64,000 bases of DNA from an uncultured Methanoregulaceae archaeon (GTDB lineage Archaea > Halobacteriota > Methanomicrobia > Methanomicrobiales > Methanospirillaceae): contig OY969564.1 of assembly GCA_963701095.1 (NCBI GenBank), positions 1,984,001 through 2,048,000 on the forward strand, read 5' to 3'. The translations under genes were made by a program, and so were the position numbers. Shown in pieces: positions 45,634 to 56,043 of this stretch (position 1 is the stretch's first letter; every line of letters begins with the position of its first letter). The notes under the pieces are model-generated. The model saw nothing but the letters and a program-made list of their open reading frames with translations. It had not been told where the DNA came from and searched no databases.

Positions 45634-45888
45634 CTATTCAGATCGCTTTTTTACGGCAGTATCAAAGACCATCCAGTTTCTTTCCCATTCAGGATTTTTC
45701 GATTTGAGCATCCCCAGTACTTTTCCTTTGATCTCCCGGGTGGTGATGCCGTCTGTTGCATTTTGCTCTATTCCATGGGCAATAGATCGCGCCACCTCCG
45801 GTGAGGCACCGGATTTTAAGGCACTTACAACGATCTTTTCAGCAACAAATGGTTCTTTACGACCATCCCTTTTCTTTACCGAAATCAT
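45634..45888 (-). CDS. Stand-alone ATP-cone domain protein
   Basis: VKKRDGRKEPF..EKI, ITTREI. Confidence 0.85.
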   Translation of the reverse strand: MISVKKRDGRKEPFVAEKIVVSALKSGASPEVARSIAHGIEQNATDGITTREIKGKVLGMLKSKNPEWERNWMVFDTAVKKRSE

Positions 45889-46122
45889 GATCTTTTCTCC
45901 TCAAATCTGCATCCAGGAATAATTCATCATGCTGAGGACTTTCCCAATGAGCACTTACTACAGTATATCATAGATTTTGTCCCGTCTATCATCATTTGAG
46001 ACATAGTTTGAAACTTAATATCTCTTTTTTCAAAGCAGCGTCATTTTTTTATTGCCGTCCAAAGGGAACAATAATAACTATTCAGCCTGATTCTCTTTTC
46101 GAAAACCATAAAGAAAAGGGGC

Positions 46123-47213
46123 ATGTCAGGAATGGATCAAGCAGGATTATCGGTATATCGTCGGGTAAAACTTGATCTGGCATATCTTGCCGGAAGGGGC
46201 ATGGACCAATTCGCAAAAAGGCACCCGGCCATCTGGCGTGACTCAAGTGCAATGCAGAAGGTGCAGCTATCGGACGAGTTTAGCACTTTTATTGAAAGTC
46301 TTGAAGAATCGTTTGCAATCGATAATCCGGCACTTTTCATTGATCATGCATGTTGGGCAGCGGTACATCTCACTTCATTAGGCTTTTCCAAAAAATATGT
46401 TTCTCTGATTCTCGATACGTTGAGAGAAGTCTTTGAAAAGGAACTACCCATTGAGTTTCGTAAACAAGCGTGGGATTTTATTGTCAAAAGTCAGGCTGCA
46501 CTAAAAAAAGCTCAATGGATGTACCTACCTGCATCGTGCCAGATAATCCTCTTGCTGATGCAGCCAGATCCTTCCTTGCCGCGGGTATTGCAGAAGACAA
46601 GAATCGGGCCCTGCAGATACTTGAGGATGTTCTGAGATCTGGAGTATCTGTAAAAGGGATTTACCTGAACGTCCTGGAGCCTGTCCTCAAGGAAACAGGA
46701 AGGCTTTGGCAGCTTGGCAAGGTCGGTATAGCGCAGGAGCATTTCATAACTGCCTTGGTTGAAACGTGTATGGCCCGGCTCCACGATCTGATTATATCTT
46801 CGGGCGGGAGAAAAAAAATACGACGGCAAAAGAGAATTGTCGCTGCCAGTGTGGGATCCGATCTCCATGAAATCGGGATCCATATAGTGGCGGACTTTTT
46901 TGAAATGGATGGCTGGGCAACGTATTATTTTGGTGGGAACACACCGGTTGGCAGTATCCTTGAGGCAGTACGGGATCAAAATGCGGATGTTATTGCCCTA
47001 TCCACAACTATGGTTCGCTATCTTCCTGAGGTCCGGTACCTCGTTCGATCACTGCGTGCCGAAAAGACAACATCGGAAGCAAAGATCATCGTTGGCGGGT
47101 ATCCGTTCAAGGTAGTTCCTGATCTTTGGAAACAAATTGGTGCAGATGCATACGCGGGAACAGCAGAAGACGCAGTAACCATAGCCAATCATCTTATTCA
47201 CAAACGCGATTGA
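46123..47213 (+). CDS. Cobalamin-binding domain protein with N-terminal helical domain; frameshift at A-run near 46505
   Basis: IYLNVLEPVL.ETGRLWQ...V.IAQEHF.T, DLHEIG (DxHxxG), GGNTP, IVGG; N-terminal part in 46123 frame. Confidence 0.8.
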
Positions 47214-47265
47214 ATGGCTCAGGAAAGAACGAAGGTTTAAGCATCATATAAACACAGTTTTTCAC

Positions 47266-48621
47266 CTATTCTTCTCTGCGATCAACGAAACGTTTTGGCC
47301 GTCCTTTAAGTTTGTGGATCTCAAGTTCTCCCGGGTGAACCAATTTGAATGCCACAGAGAATGTCCTATCCTCGTAATATGGTGTGAGGTTCCTTTTGAT
47401 TTTAAAGAAATGGTTGATAAACCGGTCTTCGATAATCTTCCGGTCAGCAATTTCCGGATCCAAACACTCACCGCTCACCCGCATCACAACCTCACCTTCT
47501 GATTCGCCATTAGAGAGGAAAGCCTCATACTCGCCGTTGAGATACCTCATGTTTTCCCGCTGGAAGACACATGCCTCAACATCCACACGGTTTACGGAAT
47601 TGCCAAAAATCCAGAACGTTTCAGATTCCCTCTGCGGGTTAGCGATACGCATATGTGTCCTGCCACAGGTGCACTGCTCCCGGGAAAGTACTGCTGTAGC
47701 ATCTTCGGTATCATAATTGAGCAGGAGAGTGCCGGCATTTGAACCCTCCGGGAGAAGTGTCGTGAGGACCGCCCGGCCGCAGTTGCCGTCCGAGACGAAG
47801 GATTTCATCTGGGGATCGTAAATGTCAAGATGGACAAGATCTTCGGGAACGTGGAGACCGGCAAATGCCGTGCATTCGCCGCACATTGTCCCTTCAGTGC
47901 TGCCGTAGGTATTGAATACCGGGCATCCCCATATCTCTGCCAGGTAAGCACGGGATTCGTCAGAAAAACTCTCGCCCCCGACAATCAGCTTCGTAATCGA
48001 TGTTTCTTTGAGCCGGATTCCCTCCTGTTTGAGTCTTTGAGCAAGCCTTAGTAGTTTGAATACACTTCCAACAATTGCGGTTGGACGGTATGCCGTGATG
48101 ACTCTGGATGCAAAATCACACCTGCCAAACGGGATTATAGTCACGCCGATTCGTTGTGCTGCAAGGGTCATCGTGTTTGCCCCGACGTTCATACCGTATG
48201 AGGCGCAGACAACTAACCGGTCACCTAGATAGAATCCCTGCGAGACAAAACTACGGGCATATTTCTCCGCGTACCTTTTCCAGTCGTTCCAGGTAAGAAA
48301 AAAACTCTTTGGTGTCCCGCTTGTACCACTTGTCTCCTGTATGGTGAATACATCTCCCCACCCTGACGATAAGAACTGGAAATCCGGGGTATTTGGTGGC
48401 TGGTGCTCTCGAATGGTGCGACCGGAGACGATAGGGAGCTGCAGTAGATCTTCGTGAACCCGGATGTCACGCAGGTCGATACCATTCTTTTCAAACCAAT
48501 GCCGGTAAAAAGGAGAATGGTCATTGGCGTACCGGACGGTATATCGTACCCGGTCGTCGATAAGGGAATCAAGAGCGTCTCGGTCTAATGTCTCGATTCC
48601 GGGATTGTAGAATTGTGGCAT
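47266..48621 (-). CDS. ftsA: Coenzyme F390 synthetase (phenylacetate-CoA ligase superfamily)
   Basis: IETLDR..LD.LID.RVRYTV.YA...SPFY, ETSGTSGTPK, YGMNVGA, YGSTEG, LLNYDTED, KGRPKR. Confidence 0.8.
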   Translation of the reverse strand: MPQFYNPGIETLDRDALDSLIDDRVRYTVRYANDHSPFYRHWFEKNGIDLRDIRVHEDLLQLPIVSGRTIREHQPPNTPDFQFLSSGWGDVFTIQETSGTSGTPKSFFLTWNDWKRYAEKYARSFVSQGFYLGDRLVVCASYGMNVGANTMTLAAQRIGVTIIPFGRCDFASRVITAYRPTAIVGSVFKLLRLAQRLKQEGIRLKETSITKLIVGGESFSDESRAYLAEIWGCPVFNTYGSTEGTMCGECTAFAGLHVPEDLVHLDIYDPQMKSFVSDGNCGRAVLTTLLPEGSNAGTLLLNYDTEDATAVLSREQCTCGRTHMRIANPQRESETFWIFGNSVNRVDVEACVFQRENMRYLNGEYEAFLSNGESEGEVVMRVSGECLDPEIADRKIIEDRFINHFFKIKRNLTPYYEDRTFSVAFKLVHPGELEIHKLKGRPKRFVDRREE

Positions 48622-48790
48622 TACCTTACAAAGCATAGTAGAAAAAAGGTTTATAGATTGCTGAGAGTGATCCGGAGACACGTGGTTATGGGTGCAAAAG
48701 AAGAGCTGCACTATGTTTCTCTATGCGAAAATCGTGTAATGTTATGCCCCAGGATATTTTTGAATTAGAGCATTTGATACGGTATGCAAA

Positions 48791-48862
48791 AGCCGCCGGA
48801 GGGACTTGAACCCTCGACCTGCTGATTACGAATCAGCCGCTATGCCGCTAAGCCACGGCGGC
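48791..48862 (-). tRNA. tRNA-Thr (CGT)
   Basis: Reverse complement GCCGCCG...GCTGA-TTCGTAA-TCAGC...GAGGG-TTCAAGT-CCCTC-CGGCGGC-T. Confidence 0.96.
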
Positions 48863-48927
48863 GCTCTGCCTCACAATATCGACCTATATAATTATAAAAT
48901 CTGTGTTTGGCCGGAAAGGTTGACAGT

Positions 48928-49224
48928 TTAAGAATACCCCCGGAGCGTTGTTACACTATCCGGGGCATGCGGTTCCTTTGCCGGAGAAATTGTTCCAAAT
49001 TTTCCCTCATAGTCAGCTACTGTTTTCTGGAGAACCGCGAGAAGGTTCTTCGCGTGGGCCGGCGTAATGGAAACGATCGCTTTTGCCCTTGCCTGATTAA
49101 CCTGAGGGAGCTGGTGGAGGAACACAAAGGTGAATTCATCATCTTTGTATGCTATCTGGATCATGTTGCTATAAACGGGATCCAGCGTCGGGGGAATATT
49201 TACTGATATTTCCTGTCCGGTCAT
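48928..49224 (-). CDS. DUF3467-like protein
   Basis: VYSNMIQI....DEFTFVF, AIVSITPAHAKNLL..L. Confidence 0.75.
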   Translation of the reverse strand: MTGQEISVNIPPTLDPVYSNMIQIAYKDDEFTFVFLHQLPQVNQARAKAIVSITPAHAKNLLAVLQKTVADYEGKFGTISPAKEPHAPDSVTTLRGYS

Positions 49225-49390
49225 ACAGATCTGTTCGTTGTTTTTGTATGAATAAGTTGGTCACCTATCATAACAATCTGTATAATCCAGTTGGCGCTGC
49301 CAAACATTTCAAGAAGGGTTTTGAATCACCTCTACCAACTTATTACGCAAACTCTGCGTATCCCGGTAGTTTTTCCGGGTATTAACAAAA

Positions 49391-50383
49391 ATGACTCTCG
49401 CACACGGTTGTATCCTCTGCTACAAGGGCGCAAAGATGGTGCTCTTTGTTACGGGACGTTGTCAACGCTCCTGCTGGTACTGTCCACTATCCAGCGAACG
49501 GAAAGGAAACGATGTGGTCTTTGCAAACGAGCATAGGATAGATACACCGGAACAGGCCATCCAAATCGCCGAGCGCATGAGTGCACTAGGTACAGGGGTT
49601 ACCGGCGGAGAACCGTTACTGTGCATAGACCGGGTTGCGCTTTATTGTAAACTGCTTAAAAATCATTTTGGAAAAGACCACCATATTCACCTTTACACAG
49701 CACAAGCGCCGACAAAGAAGGAACTGGATCAGATTGGCGGGATTGTAGACGAAATTCGGCTCCATCCCCCACGCGCGTGTTGGGAGAATATAGTAGAATC
49801 GGATTTTTTAGCGTCCGCAAAGCGTGCAAAAGAGATGGGTTTTGCAATAGGTTTCGAAGTCCCGGCCCTCCCCGGCCTCGATCTGCTCATCCCCGCACTC
49901 CCTTATCTGGACTTTTTAAATATCAACGAACTTGAATGGGGCGAGAACAATGCCAATGATATGCGGGAGCGCGGCTTTGAACTGGCCGACGGTGTCCATA
50001 ATGCAGTGAGCGGAGCTCGGGACTGGGCAGAAGAAATAGTAAAGCATGAAAAGGTCCACTGGTGTGCCTCGTCGTTTAAGGATTCGGTCCAGCTGCGTGA
50101 ACGTCTACGGCGTATTGCCGAAAACACGGCCCGGTCTTTTGATGAAGTTACAGATGATGGAACAATCGTATATGGTGTGCTGGAACTACACCCCGGTACG
50201 CGGGATGCAGTCGTCGCCCGGTGCAGGACATTTCTTGAGGATGGAGAATTCTCTGACTGTGGAGACCATGTTGAGACTGCATGGTGGCTTCTCGAAGAGT
50301 ACAAAGATAAGATCCCCGGGAAAAAATCGGTGATTGAACGTTATCCTGATGGTGGTATGGTCGTTGAGGTGACACCGTTATGA
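49391..50383 (+). CDS. Archaeal radical SAM protein
   Basis: GCILC..GAKMVLFVTGRCQRSCWYCP (CxxxCxxC), TGGEPL, DEIRLHP, LNINELE. Confidence 0.9.
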   Translation: MTLAHGCILCYKGAKMVLFVTGRCQRSCWYCPLSSERKGNDVVFANEHRIDTPEQAIQIAERMSALGTGVTGGEPLLCIDRVALYCKLLKNHFGKDHHIHLYTAQAPTKKELDQIGGIVDEIRLHPPRACWENIVESDFLASAKRAKEMGFAIGFEVPALPGLDLLIPALPYLDFLNINELEWGENNANDMRERGFELADGVHNAVSGARDWAEEIVKHEKVHWCASSFKDSVQLRERLRRIAENTARSFDEVTDDGTIVYGVLELHPGTRDAVVARCRTFLEDGEFSDCGDHVETAWWLLEEYKDKIPGKKSVIERYPDGGMVVEVTPL

Positions 50384-51146
50384 ACATTCGAAGGGTTCTC
50401 GAACCCCTGTATGAACGCTATCTCCTGATGCAATGCACACAGATTCCTAAACATATTGCCATCATACAGGACGGGAACCGGCGTTTTGCAAAGAAGACGG
50501 GAATCGACGTTGCAAAGGGACATCGAGCCGGGGCAGATAAAACAGAAGAAATGCTTGACTGGGCGCATGACCTGGGCATACGATATATAACGGTCTATTC
50601 ATTCTCGACAGAAAATTTCAACAGAGCCGAGAAGGAAATCCAAGAGCTTTCGAGCTTTTCAAAGAGAAATTTATCCGAACTATTTCCGATGAACGAGTAA
50701 TCAGGTATCGGATACGTATCCAGATGGTAGGTGACAGGTCGCTTCTTCCCGAAGACCTGAGGACCGCTGTAGAAGCAGCAGAAGAGGTAACCAAAGATCA
50801 CGATGGATTTACCCTCAGTGTTGCGCTTGCCTATGGGGGGAGAAATGAGATCGTTCTTGCGGCCCGGGAGATTGTATCAGCGGTACGCGAAGGAAAGATC
50901 ACCCCGTCGGCGATTGACATTCATATGGTCGAATCCCATCTTCATGAAGGAAAAGAAATCCCCCCTGTAGATCTTATTATCCGGACCGGAAACGAATACC
51001 GCACTTCCAATTTCCTTCCCTGGTTAGCGAATGGCCATGAATCGGCAGTCTATTTTTGCGCCCCTTACTGGCCCCTTTTCCGGAAGATTGACCTGCTTCG
51101 TGCCATCAGGATTTATGATCAGCGCCTGTGTGCCAAAGTGCATTAA
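50380..51146 (+). CDS. uppS: cis-prenyltransferase catalytic subunit; frameshift at T-run near 50650
   Basis: HIAIIQDGNRRFA, YSFSTENF.R, ALAYGGR.EI, DLIIRTG..RTSNFLPW. Confidence 0.9.
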
Positions 51147-51227
51147 GTTCGTTCCCGGAGTGAATTCACTGATTTCGTTTCGTGTACTATATTTCCCTGT
51201 ACATACCAGAGGAAATATGGTGAACCT

Positions 51228-51881
51228 ATGGGTGCAGGTAAGACTGTAGGATCCGGCTGGCAGCACATTCGGATCACGCTTCGGTCAGATATCGTCGCCG
51301 CAGCACAGAAAGAAAAAATCGATATCAGCAGTGAATGCAACAAGGCGCTTGCTCAGCGTCTGGAAATAGGATACCCGACGCCGCGGCAGGTCTCAGTCGA
51401 TTCAAAAGTTATCGTTGCACCGGATAATGTACCGGTAAAAAGATCGGTTCAGAAGGCGGCTGCACCCCCGGTCATTAATGCTGAAGATCCCACGGTTCCG
51501 GGCAAAGTTCTCCGGGAGAAAAAGGAGAGGAAAATGCCTGTGGTAACAAAACCGCAGGAAGGAGAACATCTTCATATGGTCAATCCTTCGGTACAAGCGG
51601 CACCTGCCAGCCCCGCATCCAAACCCAAAAAGAAAGGAAAAAAAGAGGAGGCAATTAAACGGTTTGTAAGTACCCGGATTGTCAGGGAGGCTGAGGACAG
51701 TCCTGACGCGATTATTCCAAAGGACGAGCTTTACCAACGGTTTGAACGATGGTGCCGGGATCAGAGTTATTCATTTATTCCCGAACACCGGGTTTTTTCT
51801 GTGACCCTCAAAAACAAGTTTGCATTCACAGAACGGATTGTTGGAGGGACCCCGAGCTGGATCAGTATTCGGATCAAATAA
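51228..51881 (+). CDS. Hypothetical DNA-binding protein (N-terminal ribbon-helix-helix-like, C-terminal winged-helix-like)
   Basis: ITLRSDIVAAAQKEKIDISSECNKAL; Pro/Lys-rich linker; IPKDELYQRFERWC...F...L. Confidence 0.6.
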   Translation: MGAGKTVGSGWQHIRITLRSDIVAAAQKEKIDISSECNKALAQRLEIGYPTPRQVSVDSKVIVAPDNVPVKRSVQKAAAPPVINAEDPTVPGKVLREKKERKMPVVTKPQEGEHLHMVNPSVQAAPASPASKPKKKGKKEEAIKRFVSTRIVREAEDSPDAIIPKDELYQRFERWCRDQSYSFIPEHRVFSVTLKNKFAFTERIVGGTPSWISIRIK

Positions 51882-51891
51882 TTTTTTTAAA

Positions 51892-52533
51892 TTATTTTCC
51901 GAAACGGCGTATTCGGGACTGGTAATCACGCAGCACCCGCAGGAAGTCCACTCGCCGGAAGTACTTCCAGTTGACATCGGAAAAGAAAAGTTCAGAATAG
52001 ACTGATTGCCAGATTAAAAAATCAGTTAGGTGATCGCCCCCGCTCTTAACGACTATATCTGGATCATACCGGAATGTAAGACAGGATTCGAGCGTTTTTT
52101 CATCGATCTCCGATGGCGGAATACCATTTTCTGCAAGTTTTCGAATGCAGTCGGTGATCTCCTCCCGGCCGCTTTTCCCGATCGCAACTACGACATCAAG
52201 ACCTGTCCCTGAGATTTCCTCAGTCGAGCCATGATGCAACACGAGCCGGGCAACTGACGAAATCTTTTTTATCGCCGGGAGTGTGCGGATAAGTTCGTCT
52301 TGTGGGATCCGGTTAATATGAAAAGTAATGCTTTTGATGGAGGATGGTGTTTTTACAGCGTTCTTTAGGGGATTACGGGCGAGGAATGTATTTAATTCGG
52401 AGCACCACACGGTTACTTCGAGGCACTTCCCCGGCTCTGCGGTAAGGTCTGCCCCGCTGATCATAAAACAGATATTGGGGGGGAGTTCCTGTATCTGCGA
52501 GAGAAGCATCCGCTCGTAGAGCCAATAAAACAT
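51892..52533 (-). CDS. cis-prenyltransferase partner subunit (Nus1/NgBR-like)
   Basis: SGREEI, PDIVVKSGG.HLTDFLIWQSVYSELFF, C-terminal RRFGK; lacks DGNRR. Confidence 0.82.
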   Translation of the reverse strand: MFYWLYERMLLSQIQELPPNICFMISGADLTAEPGKCLEVTVWCSELNTFLARNPLKNAVKTPSSIKSITFHINRIPQDELIRTLPAIKKISSVARLVLHHGSTEEISGTGLDVVVAIGKSGREEITDCIRKLAENGIPPSEIDEKTLESCLTFRYDPDIVVKSGGDHLTDFLIWQSVYSELFFSDVNWKYFRRVDFLRVLRDYQSRIRRFGK

Positions 52534-52671
52534 CTGACTTAATCGTATGGCGGACAAGGTTATGAGGGTTTACCTCTGCATTTTTTGTATGAGGCATTTT
52601 TTGCAATTTACTCCGAGCTTAAATCCGGCAAAAGCACTTATAACCCCTCCTGTGAAATGATCAGACAATAG

Positions 52672-53379
52672 ATGTACTCCTATAAGACTGGAATTCCCCT
52701 GATTGATCAGGCAACCGGTGGATTTGATGCGGGGACGAATCTTCTCATTCTTGCACCGTCACTGAGCTTTGCGGAACAGCTTGCGTACAGTCTGACACGG
52801 CCGCTTGCCGGAGAATATGCCATCATGCTCTCTACAAATGAACGTGCCTCTGAAGTAATAGATCAGTTCAAATCCGGCGGTGCTGATAAACATTTCGTCG
52901 GTGTGATTGATGCTATCACTAAAAGTTCTACGCCGGCCGTCTCGGATACCGAGAGATTCATGTTTGTCACAAATCCTACCGATCTTACCGGGATCGGGAT
53001 CAAATTTTCTCATATGATTGAATCGATTTTTGACGGAACTTTTTCCGGGGAAGAAACCGGCCTTTTCCCGCCGCCAGTGCGGTTCTGTATCAACTCGGTC
53101 TCAACTCTCCTTATGTATCGCAAGCTGGAAGTGTTGTACCAGTTCCTCCACGTAATGACCGCAAAACTTAAGAAAATTGAAGGGTTGGGTGTCTATATCC
53201 TCAACAACGAGGCATTTGACGAGAAAACGATTTCCCTGATCAAGCAGCTTATGACAATCGTAATTGAGGTCAAGATGGAACAATCCGATAATTATTTCAG
53301 AGTAATGGGAATCCGGGATGTCAACGCGGACTGGCACAAATTTACCATTGTCAAGGGACAGGTGGTTTTATCTTTATGA
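52672..53379 (+). CDS. KaiC/RAD55-like inactive ATPase-fold protein
   Basis: KTGIPLID...GG, NLLILAP, PTDLTGIGI, SVSTLLMY; no canonical Walker A. Confidence 0.75.
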   Translation: MYSYKTGIPLIDQATGGFDAGTNLLILAPSLSFAEQLAYSLTRPLAGEYAIMLSTNERASEVIDQFKSGGADKHFVGVIDAITKSSTPAVSDTERFMFVTNPTDLTGIGIKFSHMIESIFDGTFSGEETGLFPPPVRFCINSVSTLLMYRKLEVLYQFLHVMTAKLKKIEGLGVYILNNEAFDEKTISLIKQLMTIVIEVKMEQSDNYFRVMGIRDVNADWHKFTIVKGQVVLSL

Positions 53380-54539
53380 TTTCGACCGGGATGTTTGGAA
53401 TCGACGATATGTTGGGTGGAGGGATTCCTGAAGGAAGCCGGGTCCTCTACAGCTTAGAGCCTGGTGTTGACGGGCAACTTTTCATGATCTCGACATTATT
53501 GGGAGCGCTTGAAAAAGGGCAATCCTGTCTTGTTATTATCCCCCATACGACTGTTGATGCTTTTCTGCACGATATCAACCAACTCCGGGGAAAAACCATA
53601 AAGCCAAAAGAAAACCGTCTGGTTTTTCTGGACAGCGTCGATAGAGAACGGATACAGCGCAGTACTGCCAGCAGAGAAGCTGCTGAAAGGGAATGGGAGG
53701 CGAGAATACATAAACTCTGCACCGACAACAAAGTCGAAGTAATTTTTGGCTATTTCGATATGATTTACGAGGATTTTGGTTTGGATAAAGGACTTTCACT
53801 GCTCTCTAAAGCCAGCTGCCCGCCCGGTTCCACAATTATTATCGAGCTCCTGAATTTCGAGCGGGATACGTTCCTTGAATCGCTTGCTGCCAGGAAATCC
53901 TTTGACCTTATCGTTGCGATTAAATCCTCATTCCGGCCTCTCCCGCATTTTAACTATTTCACCATTTTGTATACGTCATGGTCGACGAAGCTGCGTCGTT
54001 CAGTCCCCTTCCTTGTCAAAAACGGTCATATCGTCCCTTATATTCCAAAAATCGTCGTCACCGGGCCTCCTGAATCCGGGAAGTCACGTTTCGTGGCGAA
54101 CGCAACAGAACTTGGTATGTCAATTGACAGAACAGGTGTCAGCGGAGCGATGACTACTGTTGCTATGGACTTTGGCTGGCTTCACTGGCAGGATTTCGAC
54201 ATCACACTTTACGGTACTCCCGGGCAGCCCCGTTTCGATCCGATGTTACCGGTAATCCTGAATAATGCCATGGGGGTAGTCCTGCTCGTGGATGCCACAA
54301 ATCATGAACAGCTTGCAAGGGCGCGGTATCTCTATAAAATTATTACCCGGATGCATGTACCGATTATTATTGCGGCCAATAAAAAGGATTTACCCGGTGT
54401 GATGAGTGACGAGGAGATTAGAAAAGGTATCGGGATCGGAAAAACAATTCCGGTTTATATAATTTCTGCACACCAGAAAGAAGACGTGCGTTCAGTGCTT
54501 GAATCGCTGGTGGATTCAATTACCCAGTTCATCTATTGA
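53376..54539 (+). CDS. KaiC-like domain fused to MglA/ARF-like small GTPase
   Basis: STGMFGIDDMLGGGIP; C-terminal VTGPPESGKS, TTVAMDFG, GTPGQPRF, ANKKD, ISA. Confidence 0.82.
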   Translation: MISTGMFGIDDMLGGGIPEGSRVLYSLEPGVDGQLFMISTLLGALEKGQSCLVIIPHTTVDAFLHDINQLRGKTIKPKENRLVFLDSVDRERIQRSTASREAAEREWEARIHKLCTDNKVEVIFGYFDMIYEDFGLDKGLSLLSKASCPPGSTIIIELLNFERDTFLESLAARKSFDLIVAIKSSFRPLPHFNYFTILYTSWSTKLRRSVPFLVKNGHIVPYIPKIVVTGPPESGKSRFVANATELGMSIDRTGVSGAMTTVAMDFGWLHWQDFDITLYGTPGQPRFDPMLPVILNNAMGVVLLVDATNHEQLARARYLYKIITRMHVPIIIAANKKDLPGVMSDEEIRKGIGIGKTIPVYIISAHQKEDVRSVLESLVDSITQFIY

Positions 54540-54598
54540 TATATTCACAGAAAATCTACAGATTGTAATTTCGGGTTCCATTGTAATCCTGGAAAAGG

Positions 54599-55363
54599 AT
54601 GAAAACACCTATGCTCACCTTTATCGGTCTTGGTCTCTACGATAAACATGATGTTTCGGATAAGGGACTTTTTCTTATAAGGAATGCCGATCACGTCTTT
54701 CTCGAGAATTATACCTCCCGGCTTATGGGGACAACAAAAGAAGAGCTCGAAGCGTTCTACCAAAAACCACTCCTGCTGCTCAAGAGAGAGGATGTAGAGC
54801 AACACCCGGATTACCTGCTTGAATGTGCACTTCAGGGAAATACAGTTTTTCTCTGTGCCGGTGATCCCATGGTCTCGACAACTCACGCGGACCTCCGCAT
54901 TCGGGCGGCTGAACGTGGCATTCCAACCGCTATCATTCACGGTGCATCGATTGTGAGCGCGATTTGTGGGCTTTCAGGTCTCCAGAATTACCGGTTTGGG
55001 AAATCGTGCTCAGTGCCTTTTCCTCAGGGTCGATGGTCTCCGATATCGCCGTTGGAAGTAATTGAAGAAAACCGTCTGCGCAGATTGCATACCCTCGTAT
55101 ATCTCGATATCCAGGATGGGCGTTATATGTCCGTAAATGAAGGTATCTGTTTGCTTGAACGCATGGCAGAGAAAAAACAGGTCACTATACCGCTTTACGT
55201 CGGTATCGCAAGGGCCGGGTCTCCGGCTCCGGTTGTGCGGGCCGGGACCGCCACTGATCTTTGTTCTGTGGATTTTGGTCCGCCCCTTCATATTCTGATT
55301 GTCCCGGGAGATCTCCACGATATGGAGCAATTATACCTCGAGAGGTTTGCAGGCCTATGTTGA
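54599..55363 (+). CDS. dph5: Diphthine synthase
   Basis: [46 protein letters not shown]. Confidence 0.95.
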   Translation: MKTPMLTFIGLGLYDKHDVSDKGLFLIRNADHVFLENYTSRLMGTTKEELEAFYQKPLLLLKREDVEQHPDYLLECALQGNTVFLCAGDPMVSTTHADLRIRAAERGIPTAIIHGASIVSAICGLSGLQNYRFGKSCSVPFPQGRWSPISPLEVIEENRLRRLHTLVYLDIQDGRYMSVNEGICLLERMAEKKQVTIPLYVGIARAGSPAPVVRAGTATDLCSVDFGPPLHILIVPGDLHDMEQLYLERFAGLC

Positions 55364-55938
55364 TCGTGGAATGTGGGAAACTCCTTTCCGGTGAACTTGA
55401 AGCACTTGGTACCGCACTACCCGAGGGTACACCCCTCTCTGAACTTGCTGGTATTGTAAAAGATATGGCAGATGCATACGCCGACGACGGAAAAACGTTC
55501 TTTTTAGGAGGTGACCGGGTGAATGCACTGGCTGCATTTTACTATGGATACGGCTGGCTGCATTTCGGTCTCGCGTACGGCCTTCTGTCCCTTCAAAGGA
55601 AAGGACAGGTTTCCTGTCCATTTTCCACGCCGGTAGAATTACTTTCCCCGGCTTTCTCTGGAAAGCTTGATGAGAAGACAAGGAGATATGCCCGCCTTCT
55701 CGAAACAGCATGCGCCTCGGTAGTTCCTGCACCTGAACCGGAAACGACCGCTGAAACCTTTTCCCAACGTGTTATCCTGATTGGCAGGTGCTATGCGCGG
55801 GGTGGTATGGGAAGTCTCACTGCAGGATCAGAGGAGGAAGCCCTTGCCCGGTTCAGCTATGGCCACGGGTGGCTTGATGCCGGGGTCAGAACAGGGCTTC
55901 TTGCACTTGTGGGCAACCGGGAAATTTTTACGATTTAA
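55357..55938 (+). CDS. Tandem DUF357 protein
   Basis: Two copies of the A.A.F.YG.GWL..G motif. Confidence 0.8.
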   Translation: MLIVECGKLLSGELEALGTALPEGTPLSELAGIVKDMADAYADDGKTFFLGGDRVNALAAFYYGYGWLHFGLAYGLLSLQRKGQVSCPFSTPVELLSPAFSGKLDEKTRRYARLLETACASVVPAPEPETTAETFSQRVILIGRCYARGGMGSLTAGSEEEALARFSYGHGWLDAGVRTGLLALVGNREIFTI

Positions 55939-56043
55939 AAAAGGCGGCATAATTACAGAATTTTCCCGGATAAAAAGAGTTTATACTATGCCTCATAACC
56001 TTTTTAGGTAAAATATTCTTTCCGCACCTGCAGGAGTTTAACA

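Noticed and set aside
35800..48862. Active integrative element or prophage at tRNA-Thr
   Set aside because: No integrase, phage or conjugation genes, and no duplicated tRNA 3' end was seen.
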